From assembly GCA_964486555.1 (NCBI GenBank), contig CAZANP010000003.1, positions 1 through 62,568 of the forward strand: a DNA stretch of 62,568 bases. The letters run 5' to 3'. A model generated the notes under the pieces. It saw nothing but the letters and a program-made list of their open reading frames with translations. It did no database searches and was not told the DNA's origin. Source of the stretch: an uncultured Thermotoga sp. (GTDB lineage Bacteria; Thermotogota; Thermotogae; Thermotogales; Thermotogaceae). This document shows positions 9,813 to 19,580 of this stretch, one piece after another. Position 1 is the stretch's first letter. Each line of letters starts with the position of its first letter. Both the position numbers and the translations under genes were made by a program.

Positions 9813-9889
9813 CTCACCTCCAAATTCGATTGGAAATAGATCCTTTTGTATGTGATATCATACCATTGTGCTTGTTGTGAGGTGAAAAA

Positions 9890-10672
9890 ATGCTGTACAT
9901 TGGGACGAGTGGCTTCTCTTTTGATGATTGGGTTGGAAAAGTTTATCCCGAGAATATAAAATCTTCTCAAATGTTGAAGTATTACTGGGCCGTCTGGAAA
10001 TTCAACGCTGTGGAGTTGAACTTCACTTATTACACTCTTCCAACCACCAAGAGTATCGTTTCTATGCTCAGAAAAACTCCTATAGATTTTTATTTCGTGG
10101 TTAAACTGCCGGGCAAGATAACACATGAGGCGTGGAGAGATGGGGATATAGAAGATTGTGCAAACGATTTTTTGAGAGCGATTCAACCCATGAGAGATGA
10201 AGGACGGTTGAAACTATTGTTAGCTCAATTTCCGTACTCTTTCAAGTTCTCACAAAAGAATGTCGAATATATAGAAAGGATACAAGATCACTTCAAAGAT
10301 CTGGATATAGCCGTGGAGTACAGACACAGGTCGTGGTTAAGGGAAGAGGTCTTTGAATTCATGAGGGAAAGAAACATCACCTATGTGACGGTGGACGAGC
10401 CTCCAATAGGTGAACTCTTCCCGTATTATCCGTATCACACAACTGCCAAAGCATATTACAGGTTCCATGGTAGAAACAAGAGATGGTTTGAAGCAGAGGG
10501 TGGAGAAAGATACGATTATCTCTATAGCAGGGAAGAATTAGAAAAATTTGCAAGAGATGTCAAGAAATCTATGGGAGAAGTGGAAGAAGTTTTCGTGTTC
10601 TTCAACAACTGTCACAAGGGATCGGCTGTGATAAACGCTTTGGATTTTTCCAGAATGCTCAGGGAGGGATGA
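9890..10672 (+). CDS. DUF72 (UPF0759) family protein
   Basis: 260 aa. N-terminus MLYIGTSGFSFDDW and overall pattern are typical of DUF72. GAGGTGA SD. Confidence 0.85.
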   Translation: MLYIGTSGFSFDDWVGKVYPENIKSSQMLKYYWAVWKFNAVELNFTYYTLPTTKSIVSMLRKTPIDFYFVVKLPGKITHEAWRDGDIEDCANDFLRAIQPMRDEGRLKLLLAQFPYSFKFSQKNVEYIERIQDHFKDLDIAVEYRHRSWLREEVFEFMRERNITYVTVDEPPIGELFPYYPYHTTAKAYYRFHGRNKRWFEAEGGERYDYLYSREELEKFARDVKKSMGEVEEVFVFFNNCHKGSAVINALDFSRMLREG

Positions 10673-10989
10673 CATTGGAAGAGATCATGGAAGAGATACT
10701 GGAAATGTTCGAAGAAAACCAGGACGAAGAGCTCATGGATTTCTTCAAAAAAGTTGTGGAAACTCTCAGGATGAAAGGTTACACCATGGAACAGATAATA
10801 TCAGGTATCGATTTATTTTTGGAGGCATTGGATGATGTTTTCTCCCCACTGATTAGTTTTTCTTTCGAAGATTACGATCCTAGAATTCGTGTTTTCACAG
10901 AAGAAGAGAATTTGAACGTTGAGGAAAAGGGAAAGCTCCTCAGGGGAGAAATGGATGAATGGGAGTTCGAAGTGAAGAGATGGAGTTGA
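10669..10989 (+). CDS. small acidic hypothetical protein, possibly Smg/DUF494-like
   Basis: 106 aa, very acidic. Segment RIRVFTEEENLNVEEKGKLL resembles the Smg motif RIYTxEE...L. Weak assignment. Confidence 0.4.
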   Translation: MTLEEIMEEILEMFEENQDEELMDFFKKVVETLRMKGYTMEQIISGIDLFLEALDDVFSPLISFSFEDYDPRIRVFTEEENLNVEEKGKLLRGEMDEWEFEVKRWS

Positions 10990-11828
10990 GGAAACTACAT
11001 CTTTTCCTCGGCGTTCTCATCGTTTCTTTCTCAGGAATCATGGTAAAACTCAGCACCATTTCACCCAGTTCACTGGCTCTATACAGAGTCCTGTTTGCAG
11101 AAATACTATTTTTCGCTTTCTCATGGGGAAAGTTTTTTCATTTCAACGGCTTGAAAGAATTCCTCGCAATTTTATCTGCAGGTTTTTTCCTCGGTATGCA
11201 CTTCCTCTTTTGGATATCTTCCTTCAGATACACAACCGTCGCAGGGGCCGTGATACCACTGATGTTACAGCCTATAGTTACGAGTCTGCTGGCCTTTTTC
11301 ATCTTTGGAGAAGTCCTCGATAGGAAGGAAATATTAGCCGTGTTGATAGTTTTCTCGGGTATTCTGATGATGAACATCTCCGATCTCTTAATCTCGGAAA
11401 AATTGGGATTGGGTGATTTCTTATCGGTTTTAGGTAGCATATTCGTGAGTTTCTTCACCCTCATAGCAAGAAAACTGGTACCAAGAATGGGAGCGATTCT
11501 ATTCAACGCGAGGGCTTACGCGATCTCCTTGATCTTCCTCTTGATTTTCAGTATATCTTCAAGCACTGTGGATTCACTGGATCTTCGGAATCTCTGGATC
11601 ACGATCTTTCTGGGTTTTGGCTGCTCGTTTTTGGGATATTTCCTGATCACCAATTCGTTGAGATTTTTCAAAACAGGCAGTGTTTCCATGGCCCTTGTAG
11701 GTGAACCTGTCTTAGGTGTTCTCTGGTCCGTTACCCTTTTGAGGGAAACTCCGACGATGTACCAAATAGTAGGACTGGTGATTTCGGGAATAGGTCTCAT
11801 GATATTCTACAAAGTCTTGAAGATATAA
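10959..11828 (+). CDS. EamA/DMT-family transporter
   Basis: About 289 aa with about 10 predicted TM helices in two EamA-like halves. The start could be ATG 10980. Confidence 0.8.
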   Translation: MGVRSEEMELRKLHLFLGVLIVSFSGIMVKLSTISPSSLALYRVLFAEILFFAFSWGKFFHFNGLKEFLAILSAGFFLGMHFLFWISSFRYTTVAGAVIPLMLQPIVTSLLAFFIFGEVLDRKEILAVLIVFSGILMMNISDLLISEKLGLGDFLSVLGSIFVSFFTLIARKLVPRMGAILFNARAYAISLIFLLIFSISSSTVDSLDLRNLWITIFLGFGCSFLGYFLITNSLRFFKTGSVSMALVGEPVLGVLWSVTLLRETPTMYQIVGLVISGIGLMIFYKVLKI

Positions 11829-11863
11829 TATGATACGGAATTTGTGAAAACGGAGGGAAGGTT

Positions 11864-13210
11864 ATGAAAACTCTCATACTGGCAGCTGGTATAGGAAAAA
11901 GGATGAAATCCAAATACCCCAAGGTTGTGCATAAACTCTCTGGGAAACCGATCTTGAGTTGGGTCATAGATACAGCGAAGGAGGTGTCGAAGGATATCGG
12001 TATCGTATTGGGATATAGAAGTGATGAGGTCAAGAAAATACTTCCATCTTGGGTGAAGGTCTTCTATCAGGAGGAACCTTTGGGAACTGCTCACGCTGTG
12101 ATGTGCGCAAAAGATTTCATAGATGAAGATGAAGATATCCTCATACTTTATGGAGATGTCCCCCTCATAAGGAAGGAGACGATACAGGAGATGCTGGAAA
12201 AGCATAGAAGCAGTGACAGCGATGTCATCATCCTCACCGCCATTTTCGATGATCCCAGAGGATACGGAAGGATTGTGAGAAAAAATGGGAAAATCACGAT
12301 AATCGAGGATGCAGATGCAGATGATGAAATCAGAAAGATCAAGGAGATCAACACTGGAATATATATATTCAAAGGGCGGGCCCTCCTTGAAGTTCTGCCA
12401 AGAATAAAGAATGAAAACGCTCAGGGAGAGTATTACCTCACAGACGGAGTCAGAATGCTTCAGAATGTGGAAACGGTGGTCACAGATAATGTTTATGAAG
12501 TGATAGGGGTGAATACGAGAAAGGATCTGATCAAGCTGGAAGAGTATCTGAGATGGGAGAAGATAGAGGAATTGCTGGAGAGTGGTGTAACCATCCTGGA
12601 TCCAAACACCACTTTCATACAATATACAGTCAAGATTGGGAAAGATACCATCATATATCCTTTCACTTTCATAGAAGGTCACACAGAGATAGGTGAGGAC
12701 TGCGAGATAGGTCCTATGACGAGGTTGATAGATTGTGAGATCGGTGATAGGGTAAGAATTGTGAGGTCGGAGTGTACGGGTGCTTTCATGGAAAGTGATG
12801 TTACAGTCGGACCTTTTGCGAGATTGAGAGAAGGGACCGTTCTGAAACGGCACGCAAAGATAGGAAACTTCGTCGAGGTGAAAAAAAGTACAGTGGGTGA
12901 AAACAGCAAAGCACAGCATCTGACTTACATAGGAGATACGTTCATCGGGAAGGATGTGAATGTGGGAGCAGGAACGATAACGTGCAATTACGACGGGAAG
13001 AGGAAGAATCCCACTTTCATTGAAGATGGTGCTTTCATAGGGAGTAACACCGCACTGGTCGCACCTGTGAGGGTTGGAAAGAAATCCCTTGTAGGGGCAG
13101 GGTCGGTTATCACTGAGGATGTTCCACCTTATTCTCTGGCTCTTGGAAGGGCAAGACAGGTGAATAAGGAAGGATGGGTTTTGAAAAAGAATCTTGGAGG
13201 GGAGGAATGA
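11864..13210 (+). CDS. glmU: bifunctional UDP-N-acetylglucosamine pyrophosphorylase / glucosamine-1-phosphate N-acetyltransferase
   Basis: 448 aa. Starts MKTLILAAGIGKRMKS (NTP-transferase motif). C-terminal left-handed beta-helix hexapeptide repeats. Confidence 0.95.
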   Translation: MKTLILAAGIGKRMKSKYPKVVHKLSGKPILSWVIDTAKEVSKDIGIVLGYRSDEVKKILPSWVKVFYQEEPLGTAHAVMCAKDFIDEDEDILILYGDVPLIRKETIQEMLEKHRSSDSDVIILTAIFDDPRGYGRIVRKNGKITIIEDADADDEIRKIKEINTGIYIFKGRALLEVLPRIKNENAQGEYYLTDGVRMLQNVETVVTDNVYEVIGVNTRKDLIKLEEYLRWEKIEELLESGVTILDPNTTFIQYTVKIGKDTIIYPFTFIEGHTEIGEDCEIGPMTRLIDCEIGDRVRIVRSECTGAFMESDVTVGPFARLREGTVLKRHAKIGNFVEVKKSTVGENSKAQHLTYIGDTFIGKDVNVGAGTITCNYDGKRKNPTFIEDGAFIGSNTALVAPVRVGKKSLVGAGSVITEDVPPYSLALGRARQVNKEGWVLKKNLGGEE

Positions 13211-13213
13211 TTC

Positions 13214-14164
13214 ATGCCTTTTTCCAAAAACGAGCTGAAAATATTCTCGGGGAATTCCAACAGAGCCCTCGCTGAGAAGGTGGCAAAGCATGTGGGAATA
13301 GAGCTTGGAGATTGTGATGTTGGAAGATTCGCCGATGGGGAGATAAACGTCAGAATAAACGAGACGGTGAGGGGCCACGATGTTTTCATAATCCAATCCA
13401 CCTCTCCTCCTGTTAACGAGAATCTGATGGAGTTACTCATTCTTATAGATGCCTTCAAAAGGGCGTCAGCAAATACTGTGGCAGTTGTGATACCATATTA
13501 TGGCTACGCAAGACAGGATAGAAAAGCGAGGGGAAGGGATCCAATAAGTGCGAAACTGGTGGCGAATCTTCTGACGGTAGCTGGAGCAACCAGAATTCTG
13601 ACAGTGGATCTCCACGCGGAGCAAATCCAGGGATTCTTCGATATACCTGTGGACAATCTATGGAGTTTCCCGGTCTTTGTGAAGGCTCTGAGAAACTGTG
13701 AAGATCTGAAGGATGAGGATATCGTGATCGTGTCTCCAGATGTTGGAGGGGTGAGAAGAGCCAGGAGGATGGCAGAAAAACTTTCGACTTCTCTCGCAAT
13801 ATTGGATAAAAGAAGGCCGAAGGATAACGTGGCCGAGGTTGTGAACGTCATAGGAGATGTCAAAGGGAAAGTGGCGATACTCTTCGATGATATAATAGAC
13901 ACTGCTGGATCCCTGGTTCAGGGAGCTGAAGCTTTGAAAAAGATGGGAGCGAAAAGGATCATAGCATGTGCAACGCACGGGATATTTTCTAATGGTGCTT
14001 TGGATCGTATAGAAAATTCTCCCATAGAAAGGGTTTATATAACCGATACGATATATCACAAAGATCTTCCTGATAAAATAAGGGTATTGAGTGTTGCTCC
14101 TCTTCTGGGAGAAGCCATCATGAGGATCAGAAAGAATCTTTCAATAAGCATACTTTTCAGATGA
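13214..14164 (+). CDS. prs: ribose-phosphate pyrophosphokinase
   Basis: 316 aa. Contains [12 protein letters not shown], the [11 protein letters not shown] motif and the PRPP-binding loop DDIIDTAGS. Confidence 0.96.
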   Translation: MPFSKNELKIFSGNSNRALAEKVAKHVGIELGDCDVGRFADGEINVRINETVRGHDVFIIQSTSPPVNENLMELLILIDAFKRASANTVAVVIPYYGYARQDRKARGRDPISAKLVANLLTVAGATRILTVDLHAEQIQGFFDIPVDNLWSFPVFVKALRNCEDLKDEDIVIVSPDVGGVRRARRMAEKLSTSLAILDKRRPKDNVAEVVNVIGDVKGKVAILFDDIIDTAGSLVQGAEALKKMGAKRIIACATHGIFSNGALDRIENSPIERVYITDTIYHKDLPDKIRVLSVAPLLGEAIMRIRKNLSISILFR

Positions 14165-14183
14165 AGACAGGAGGGATCGACGA

Positions 14184-14849
14184 ATGACGGTCAGGATAGA
14201 AGCGATTTTGAGAAAAGAGAAGGGAAAAAGAAGAGTGAAAAGATTGAGAAAGGAAGGATACCTCCCTGGTATCATCTACGGACCCGGAACAGAACCCGTA
14301 CCTATATCCGTGAAGAAAGTCCAGTTTGAAAAAATATTCCATCACATAACTGAAACCACTCCTCTCGAACTGGTAATAAAAGAAGATGGGAAGGAGATAT
14401 ACAAAAAGAAAGTCTTCATGAAGATGATCCAAAGAGATAAAGTCACGGACGAAGTTGTTCATGTGGATTTTTATGAGCCCGTAAGAGGTCACGCGATGAG
14501 AATAAACGTTCCTGTAAAGATCGAAGGAAAGGCCATAGGTGTCGAAAGGGGAGGGATCCTTGAGGTTCTGTATGAGGAGATACCTGTGGAGACGGAACCT
14601 GATAAGATACCTGAGTACATAGAGCTCGATGTTTCATCTCTAGATCTTGGGGAGTCGCTGCATGTGAGGGATATGAAGCTTCCTGAGGGTGTGAAACCCC
14701 TCTTGGATCCTGAAGAACCTGTTGTCACTGTTCTGATCCCTAAAGGGCTTGAAGTAACTGAGGAAGAAGAAGTTGAAGAGGAAGAAGAAGTTGAAGAACC
14801 TGAAGTTATAAAGAAAGGGAAGAAGGAAGAGGAAGAAGAGACGGAGTAA
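14184..14849 (+). CDS. rplY: 50S ribosomal protein L25 / general stress protein Ctc, with acidic C-terminal tail
   Basis: 221 aa. Has an L25/Ctc-type N-terminal and central domain (RKEGYLPGIIYG). Glu-rich tail. Confidence 0.9.
   Translation: MTVRIEAILRKEKGKRRVKRLRKEGYLPGIIYGPGTEPVPISVKKVQFEKIFHHITETTPLELVIKEDGKEIYKKKVFMKMIQRDKVTDEVVHVDFYEPVRGHAMRINVPVKIEGKAIGVERGGILEVLYEEIPVETEPDKIPEYIELDVSSLDLGESLHVRDMKLPEGVKPLLDPEEPVVTVLIPKGLEVTEEEEVEEEEEVEEPEVIKKGKKEEEEETE
14763..14798 (+). repeat. tandem 18-bp direct repeat (gaagaagaagttgaagag x2, 17/18 identical) encoding EEEVEE EEEVEE in the L25 tail
   Basis: Read directly from the sequence at 14763-14780 and 14781-14798. Confidence 0.9.
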
Positions 14850-14850
14850 A

Positions 14851-15417
14851 ATGCGCTTGGTTATAGGTCTTGGAAACCCAGGACCACGTTATGCCTTAAC
14901 AAGGCATAACGTGGGTTTTATGTTTTTGGATAGATTGTGCAATGTTCTGAAATGTGATGAATGGAGAAGTGATGGGAACTATCTATGGAACGAAGTGAGA
15001 GTGATAGGAAAAAGGGTTTCCCTGGTGAAACCGATGACTTATATGAACCTGAGTGGTGAAATCTTCCCTGAAGTTCTGTACTCTTTCAATGTGGAAAAAG
15101 TGAGTGATATAATCGTTGTGTACGATGATATCAGCATCCCCTTGGGAAGTTTAAGGATAAGGAAGAAAGGATCAGATGGTGGTCACAACGGTATGAAATC
15201 GATAATAAACGCCTTGGGAACACAGGATATACCTAGGATGAGGATAGGAATAGGGCCAAAACCGTTTACCATCAGTACCGCTGATTACGTTCTTTCAAAA
15301 TTCACTGATGATGAACTGGAAACTATCTTTTCTGTCTTGAACAGAGCAATCGAGGCATTCGAGGTTATACTGAAAGACGGCATAGACAAAGCCATGAGCC
15401 TTTACAACTCCTCTTGA
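14851..15417 (+). CDS. pth: peptidyl-tRNA hydrolase
   Basis: 188 aa. Contains GLGNPGPRYALTRHNVGF and GGHNGMKSI motifs. Confidence 0.96.
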   Translation: MRLVIGLGNPGPRYALTRHNVGFMFLDRLCNVLKCDEWRSDGNYLWNEVRVIGKRVSLVKPMTYMNLSGEIFPEVLYSFNVEKVSDIIVVYDDISIPLGSLRIRKKGSDGGHNGMKSIINALGTQDIPRMRIGIGPKPFTISTADYVLSKFTDDELETIFSVLNRAIEAFEVILKDGIDKAMSLYNSS

Positions 15418-15426
15418 GGTGATAGG

Positions 15427-15852
15427 ATGAAATGCTCAAGGTGTGGTAGAGAGATCAAAAATTTTTACAAGGTGGATTTCGATGGTATGACAAAGGTCAT
15501 CTCTTTGTGTAAAGAATGTATCAAGGAAGTTTTGACCAAAGAGAGTCAAGAACTCCAAAAAGAAGGTGTGGAATTACTGGCAGCTCACTCCAGATACGTT
15601 CAAGACAGTTTTCTCGACTCTTCCTTCTCACCTGTTAGAGGATCATCGGAGATATTCATCAAAACTCCCATCCTGATGATCGAATTGCTATTTGGTGAGT
15701 TCGATGAGAGAGAAAAGATGAATGAAATGGTGAAAAGAGAGCTTTTCATTCTGGAAAGAGAATTGAAGAATGCTGTGATGAGAGAGGATTACAGAAAAGC
15801 CAGCGAAATAAAGAAGAAGATAAAGGAGATAAAGAAGAAGATGGATGTTTAG
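15427..15852 (+). CDS. zinc-ribbon plus UVR-motif protein (McsA-like architecture)
   Basis: 141 aa. CxxC...CxxC at the N-terminus (CSRCGRE...CKEC). C-terminal UvrB/UvrC-like motif LKNAVMREDYRKASEIKKKIKEIK. Confidence 0.6.
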   Translation: MKCSRCGREIKNFYKVDFDGMTKVISLCKECIKEVLTKESQELQKEGVELLAAHSRYVQDSFLDSSFSPVRGSSEIFIKTPILMIELLFGEFDEREKMNEMVKRELFILERELKNAVMREDYRKASEIKKKIKEIKKKMDV

Positions 15853-16008
15853 GGGGATAGGTGAAAATGAGAAATTCTTCTTTTGAGTTTCCTCCCCTTC
15901 CACCTTCAGCTTCCGAACATAGGAGAAACGAATTAACCAGGATGTATTGTTCTTTCCCTCCATCATGTTGTGTAATCTCCATTCTCATTCAAAGAATGGT
16001 GATCCAGA

Positions 16009-16770
16009 ATGATTCGTGAGATGCTGGTATCATCTGTATCCGATGGCGAAGAAGAAGTGCTAATAGGTATTGAAAGGGAAAAAGTGAAGAAAGTTGAATT
16101 CATATCGAAGGATATTTTGGAAAACTCCGGTGTTCTTGGAATAAAAACCGGTGATACTTTCATCCCATTAGTGGCCCCCTCTGGGATTTTGAAAGGGAAG
16201 ATTAAAGTCAAGTACATGATCGTTACAGAGAGAGTTGCTGTAGGAGTCACGAGAATCGTGGGATTTCTCAAACCCACAAAGGAGATGAAAGCTAGGGAAA
16301 TCGCCGATTTCGTGGATAAAGCATTTGAAACCAGTGAAGGGATTGTTTTCCTCATAGATCTTCAGAAAGTACATCCCAGAAGTGGGGATATGGACTTAGT
16401 ATTTGAAGCTCACGGTGTTAAAGATTCCGCCACATCTGACTTGAAAGGAGAAAGCTTGATTCTTCTGAACTATGAGGGGAAAGATTGGGTTGTGAGACCG
16501 GATAAGATCAAAGGAATTGCCGAGAGAATGAACGAGTTCAAAGTTGGGAAAATAAAGGGTTTTGTTACATACGAGAATAAGGTTATCCCTGTCTTTGGCA
16601 GTGGGGGAAAATGGATCGTGATACTCGAGGATGTGGGATTGCTCTGTACGAGAGTCGACAGGTTAAGGGGAACGGTATTGAACATTGAAGGAAAGGAAAA
16701 ATGGGCTGCTGTGGGTCAACGAAAGATACCTTTTCTCAATCTAGAAGGAGTGAGGAAGATTGGAATTTGA
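16009..16770 (+). CDS. tandem CheW-like domain protein
   Basis: 253 aa. Two CheW-like halves (about aa 15-120 and 140-250) with the pattern ...IPLV/IPVF...VGV/LLCTRVD. GGTGAT SD. Overlaps the downstream kinase gene by 11 nt. Confidence 0.6.
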   Translation: MIREMLVSSVSDGEEEVLIGIEREKVKKVEFISKDILENSGVLGIKTGDTFIPLVAPSGILKGKIKVKYMIVTERVAVGVTRIVGFLKPTKEMKAREIADFVDKAFETSEGIVFLIDLQKVHPRSGDMDLVFEAHGVKDSATSDLKGESLILLNYEGKDWVVRPDKIKGIAERMNEFKVGKIKGFVTYENKVIPVFGSGGKWIVILEDVGLLCTRVDRLRGTVLNIEGKEKWAAVGQRKIPFLNLEGVRKIGI

Positions 16771-18139
16771 AGATCTGTTCGAGGAGGAAAAGAGCAGATT
16801 CTTGGAGGAAGCCAGAGAATCGATTGAAAAACTCTTGAAAAAGGTTGATCCAGAAGCCATAACTACGGCTCTTAGAGCCTTTCACACTCTCAAAGGTTCC
16901 TCCGCTCTACTCGGTTTTGAAAAACTTCAAAAACTCTTTCATGAGCTCGAAGATATCTTCAGGAACATGCAAAAAGAGGAAAAGGTATCTTACGAGACAC
17001 TCTACAGGATTTTGAGAGTGATAGATTTCCTCGAAGGTATAAAAGGGGAGATAGATTACGAGAACTTGAACCATGTGAGAAAAATATTGGAGGGTGAAGA
17101 AGTCGAGGAGAAGAGAAAATTCGAAAAAATGAGGTTTTCCAAGGAGTTCCTAGAGAATTTGATAATGAAGCTGGGTATAATCGAGATCAGACTTCAAGAT
17201 GAAGAGAGAGAAGAAGCTCTGCGTGAACTCAGACTCCTGAAGAATCAACTCATAAGAATTCTTGAAGAAATTCAGTACATTGACCTTGAAAAAGTTCTGA
17301 AAGGTTTTGAAACCATGATAAAGGTGGATGCCGAAAGACAGGGGAAAAAGGTGGAGGTAATTCTGGATGTCGGAGGGGTCAGGATAGAAAAGGAGGACGC
17401 CAATTCTCTGAAAAACATACTCGTGCATCTTGTTAGAAACGCTGTGGCTCATGGAATAGAATCACCTGAGGATAGGAAAAGGGTAGGTAAACGAGAGGTC
17501 GGAAGGATAACCATAAAAAGCTGGATGGAAGGGGATAGAATACATGTCATAGTGGAAGATGATGGAAGAGGAATGGATATGAAAGAAATTGAGAAAAAGA
17601 TGAAGGAATTGGGGATAGAGGGTAGACCTGAAGATGCCATATTTTCACCAGGATTTACAACTTCTGAAACGGCAGACGAAGTTTCTGGAAGAGGAGTGGG
17701 ACTGTACGCCGTTAAGGAGTTTGTAGATCAAAAAGGTGGCGAGATCTTTCTGACGAACAAGCCTGGTAAGGGTGTCTCTTTCCATTTCTACTTTCCCATA
17801 GAGAGAATCCTTAAGAAGGTCCTCATATTGAGAAGGAAAGGTGCCATATTCGGTTTGAATTTGGAAGATGTTGAAACCACAATGAAAAAGGATGAAAGAG
17901 TTGGAGATTTTCTTATGGAAGAGAAAAAAGTCTACGAAGTTATAGATATAGGAGAAGGGGATTTCAATTACCTGGTTCTCACAAAATTTAAAGAAGCAAT
18001 AGCGGTTGATGAAATCCTGGGTATCAGAGAGGTTCCCGTCTCAATGGAACCCATAAGGGTGAAAGGAGTAAAATACTTCATAAAGAATGTCTGGCCTATT
18101 CCCATACCAGTTATTTCACCAAAGGATCTGGGAGTGTAA
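16760..18139 (+). CDS. CheA-like histidine kinase (Hpt - dimerization/HATPase - CheW-like; no P2 domain)
   Basis: 459 aa. Hpt phospho-His motif AFHTLKGSS, N box HLVRNAVAHGIE, G1 DDGRGMD, G2 SGRGVGLY, and a C-terminal CheW-like domain. TTG start with AGGAGTGAGGAAG SD. Confidence 0.85.
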   Translation: MEFEDLFEEEKSRFLEEARESIEKLLKKVDPEAITTALRAFHTLKGSSALLGFEKLQKLFHELEDIFRNMQKEEKVSYETLYRILRVIDFLEGIKGEIDYENLNHVRKILEGEEVEEKRKFEKMRFSKEFLENLIMKLGIIEIRLQDEEREEALRELRLLKNQLIRILEEIQYIDLEKVLKGFETMIKVDAERQGKKVEVILDVGGVRIEKEDANSLKNILVHLVRNAVAHGIESPEDRKRVGKREVGRITIKSWMEGDRIHVIVEDDGRGMDMKEIEKKMKELGIEGRPEDAIFSPGFTTSETADEVSGRGVGLYAVKEFVDQKGGEIFLTNKPGKGVSFHFYFPIERILKKVLILRRKGAIFGLNLEDVETTMKKDERVGDFLMEEKKVYEVIDIGEGDFNYLVLTKFKEAIAVDEILGIREVPVSMEPIRVKGVKYFIKNVWPIPIPVISPKDLGV

Positions 18140-18155
18140 CTCGGAGGTGTGATTT

Positions 18156-19580
18156 TTGAAGAAAGTCCTCATAGTTGAGGATAGTGACCTTTGGAGAAAA
18201 TTCTTGGAAAGATCTCTCCAGAAGATGGGTTATATCGTCGAAACCGCCGAAGATGGTGTGGAAGGTTTGAACAAAGCGTTTTCATTTGTACCTGATGTTT
18301 TCATCTTGGATGTCATCATTCCAGGGATAAGAGGATACCAACTCTGCAGACTCCTAAGAAAACTTGAGGCTTTTGAGAAAGCTGGCATATTGATCATGAC
18401 TGCTTCTAACGAACCTTTCAGCAAATTTTGGGCTGCAAAGTCTGGAGCAGACTATTTCATAAGTAAGGATAGGAGTGGTGAGGACATTCTTAAAGAAATC
18501 ACAGAGATTCTCAGCAACCTGGACTTCAGATCGTATCCCGAAAAACTATCCAAAGAGATTGTAAACACCAACATGGATATACCGGAGATTCTGGATCACC
18601 TCCTTCTTCAGGAAACCTTGAAGAGTGAGATAATGTCTTTGGTTGAATATATAAACGATGAGGATTACGTTGGGTGGAGAATCACAGACCTTGTTCTTCA
18701 AGTTACCCGTTCGGAGATAGTCGGTGTGATGATAGTTGGTGTGGATACGGGTAGAATATATGTTGCCAGTGATGGTAAATACGGTATATGTACTGAGGAC
18801 CTGAAAAAACTTTTGATATCCCATATGGAAAGACCTCATTACCCTGAAAGATGGTACATAAAGAACACCACATTCCATCTTGACACGAGCATACCAGATG
18901 ATTTTGTTTGGGATTTCTTCCTCATAAAATCTCAAAAAGAAGAGCTTGGGATTTTAGGGGTTCTATCGAAAGGTCTCGATAGAATAGAAAAGGAATCTTT
19001 AAAAACCATAACGGAAAGCTTGACAGCTTTCGTGAAACTTCTGAACCTGGTCTCTTCATACAGGAACATGGCTGAGTACGATGAGCTCACGCTCTTGAGG
19101 AATTATAGATCGTTCATGGATCAACTGATGAGCGCCTTCAATTCTTACAAAAAGAAAAAAACGTTTTTATCCCTCGCCATCATGGACATAGACGATTTCA
19201 AAAGAGTGAACGATTCGTACGGTCATCCCGTTGGAAACGAGGTTCTGAAAGAGATTTCCAGGATCATGAGGGATATATTCGATGAAGATAAAAACGTGAT
19301 AGCGAGATACGGGGGGGAAGAGTTCTCTGTTCTGTTGGAGAATACAGATTCATCGGACGCTTTGGAATTCTGTGAAACATTCAGAAAAGCGGTGGAAGAA
19401 TACGATTGGTACAGAATAGCTGAAGGTTTGCACATAACTATAAGTATAGGCATCACGGGAACGGATTTGAAATCTTATAGAACAGCCATGGAAATGGTTA
19501 AAGATGCTGATAGAGCTTTATACATTGCAAAGAGACTGGGGAAGAACAGAGTAGAACTGTATAGAAGGGGGAGAACGTGA
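18156..19580 (+). CDS. response regulator receiver - linker domain - GGDEF diguanylate cyclase
   Basis: 474 aa. REC residues are present (VEDSD, FILDV, IMTAS, FISKD). GGDEF domain has an intact RYGGEEF active site. Confidence 0.88.
   Translation: MKKVLIVEDSDLWRKFLERSLQKMGYIVETAEDGVEGLNKAFSFVPDVFILDVIIPGIRGYQLCRLLRKLEAFEKAGILIMTASNEPFSKFWAAKSGADYFISKDRSGEDILKEITEILSNLDFRSYPEKLSKEIVNTNMDIPEILDHLLLQETLKSEIMSLVEYINDEDYVGWRITDLVLQVTRSEIVGVMIVGVDTGRIYVASDGKYGICTEDLKKLLISHMERPHYPERWYIKNTTFHLDTSIPDDFVWDFFLIKSQKEELGILGVLSKGLDRIEKESLKTITESLTAFVKLLNLVSSYRNMAEYDELTLLRNYRSFMDQLMSAFNSYKKKKTFLSLAIMDIDDFKRVNDSYGHPVGNEVLKEISRIMRDIFDEDKNVIARYGGEEFSVLLENTDSSDALEFCETFRKAVEEYDWYRIAEGLHITISIGITGTDLKSYRTAMEMVKDADRALYIAKRLGKNRVELYRRGRT

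Noticed and set aside
11807-13396. A 529-aa ORF on the minus strand opposite glmU and the start of prs; the longest ORF in this part of the window.
   Set aside because: It is fully overlapped by two unmistakable housekeeping genes. Its composition (Ser/Leu/His/Cys/Tyr/Phe-rich, poor in Lys/Glu) is unlike the real proteins here, and it has no SD. Purine-rich sense codons (GAR/AAR) give stop-free antisense frames by chance.
15853-15905. Possible terminator after the UVR-motif gene (GGGGA...UCCCC pairing).
   Set aside because: There are only about 7 interrupted base pairs, a loop of about 27 nt and no following U-tract. That is not convincing.
15867-16019. A 50-aa ORF (MRNSSFEFPPLPPSASEHRRNELTRMYCSFPPSCCVISILIQRMVIQNDS) with an SD-like AGGGGGA upstream, in the 156-nt gap before the tandem-CheW gene.
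   Set aside because: Its Pro/Ser/Cys-rich composition is unlike the other proteins here. It overlaps the start of the next gene and I have no conservation data. It may be worth a look only if ribosome profiling or comparative data support it.
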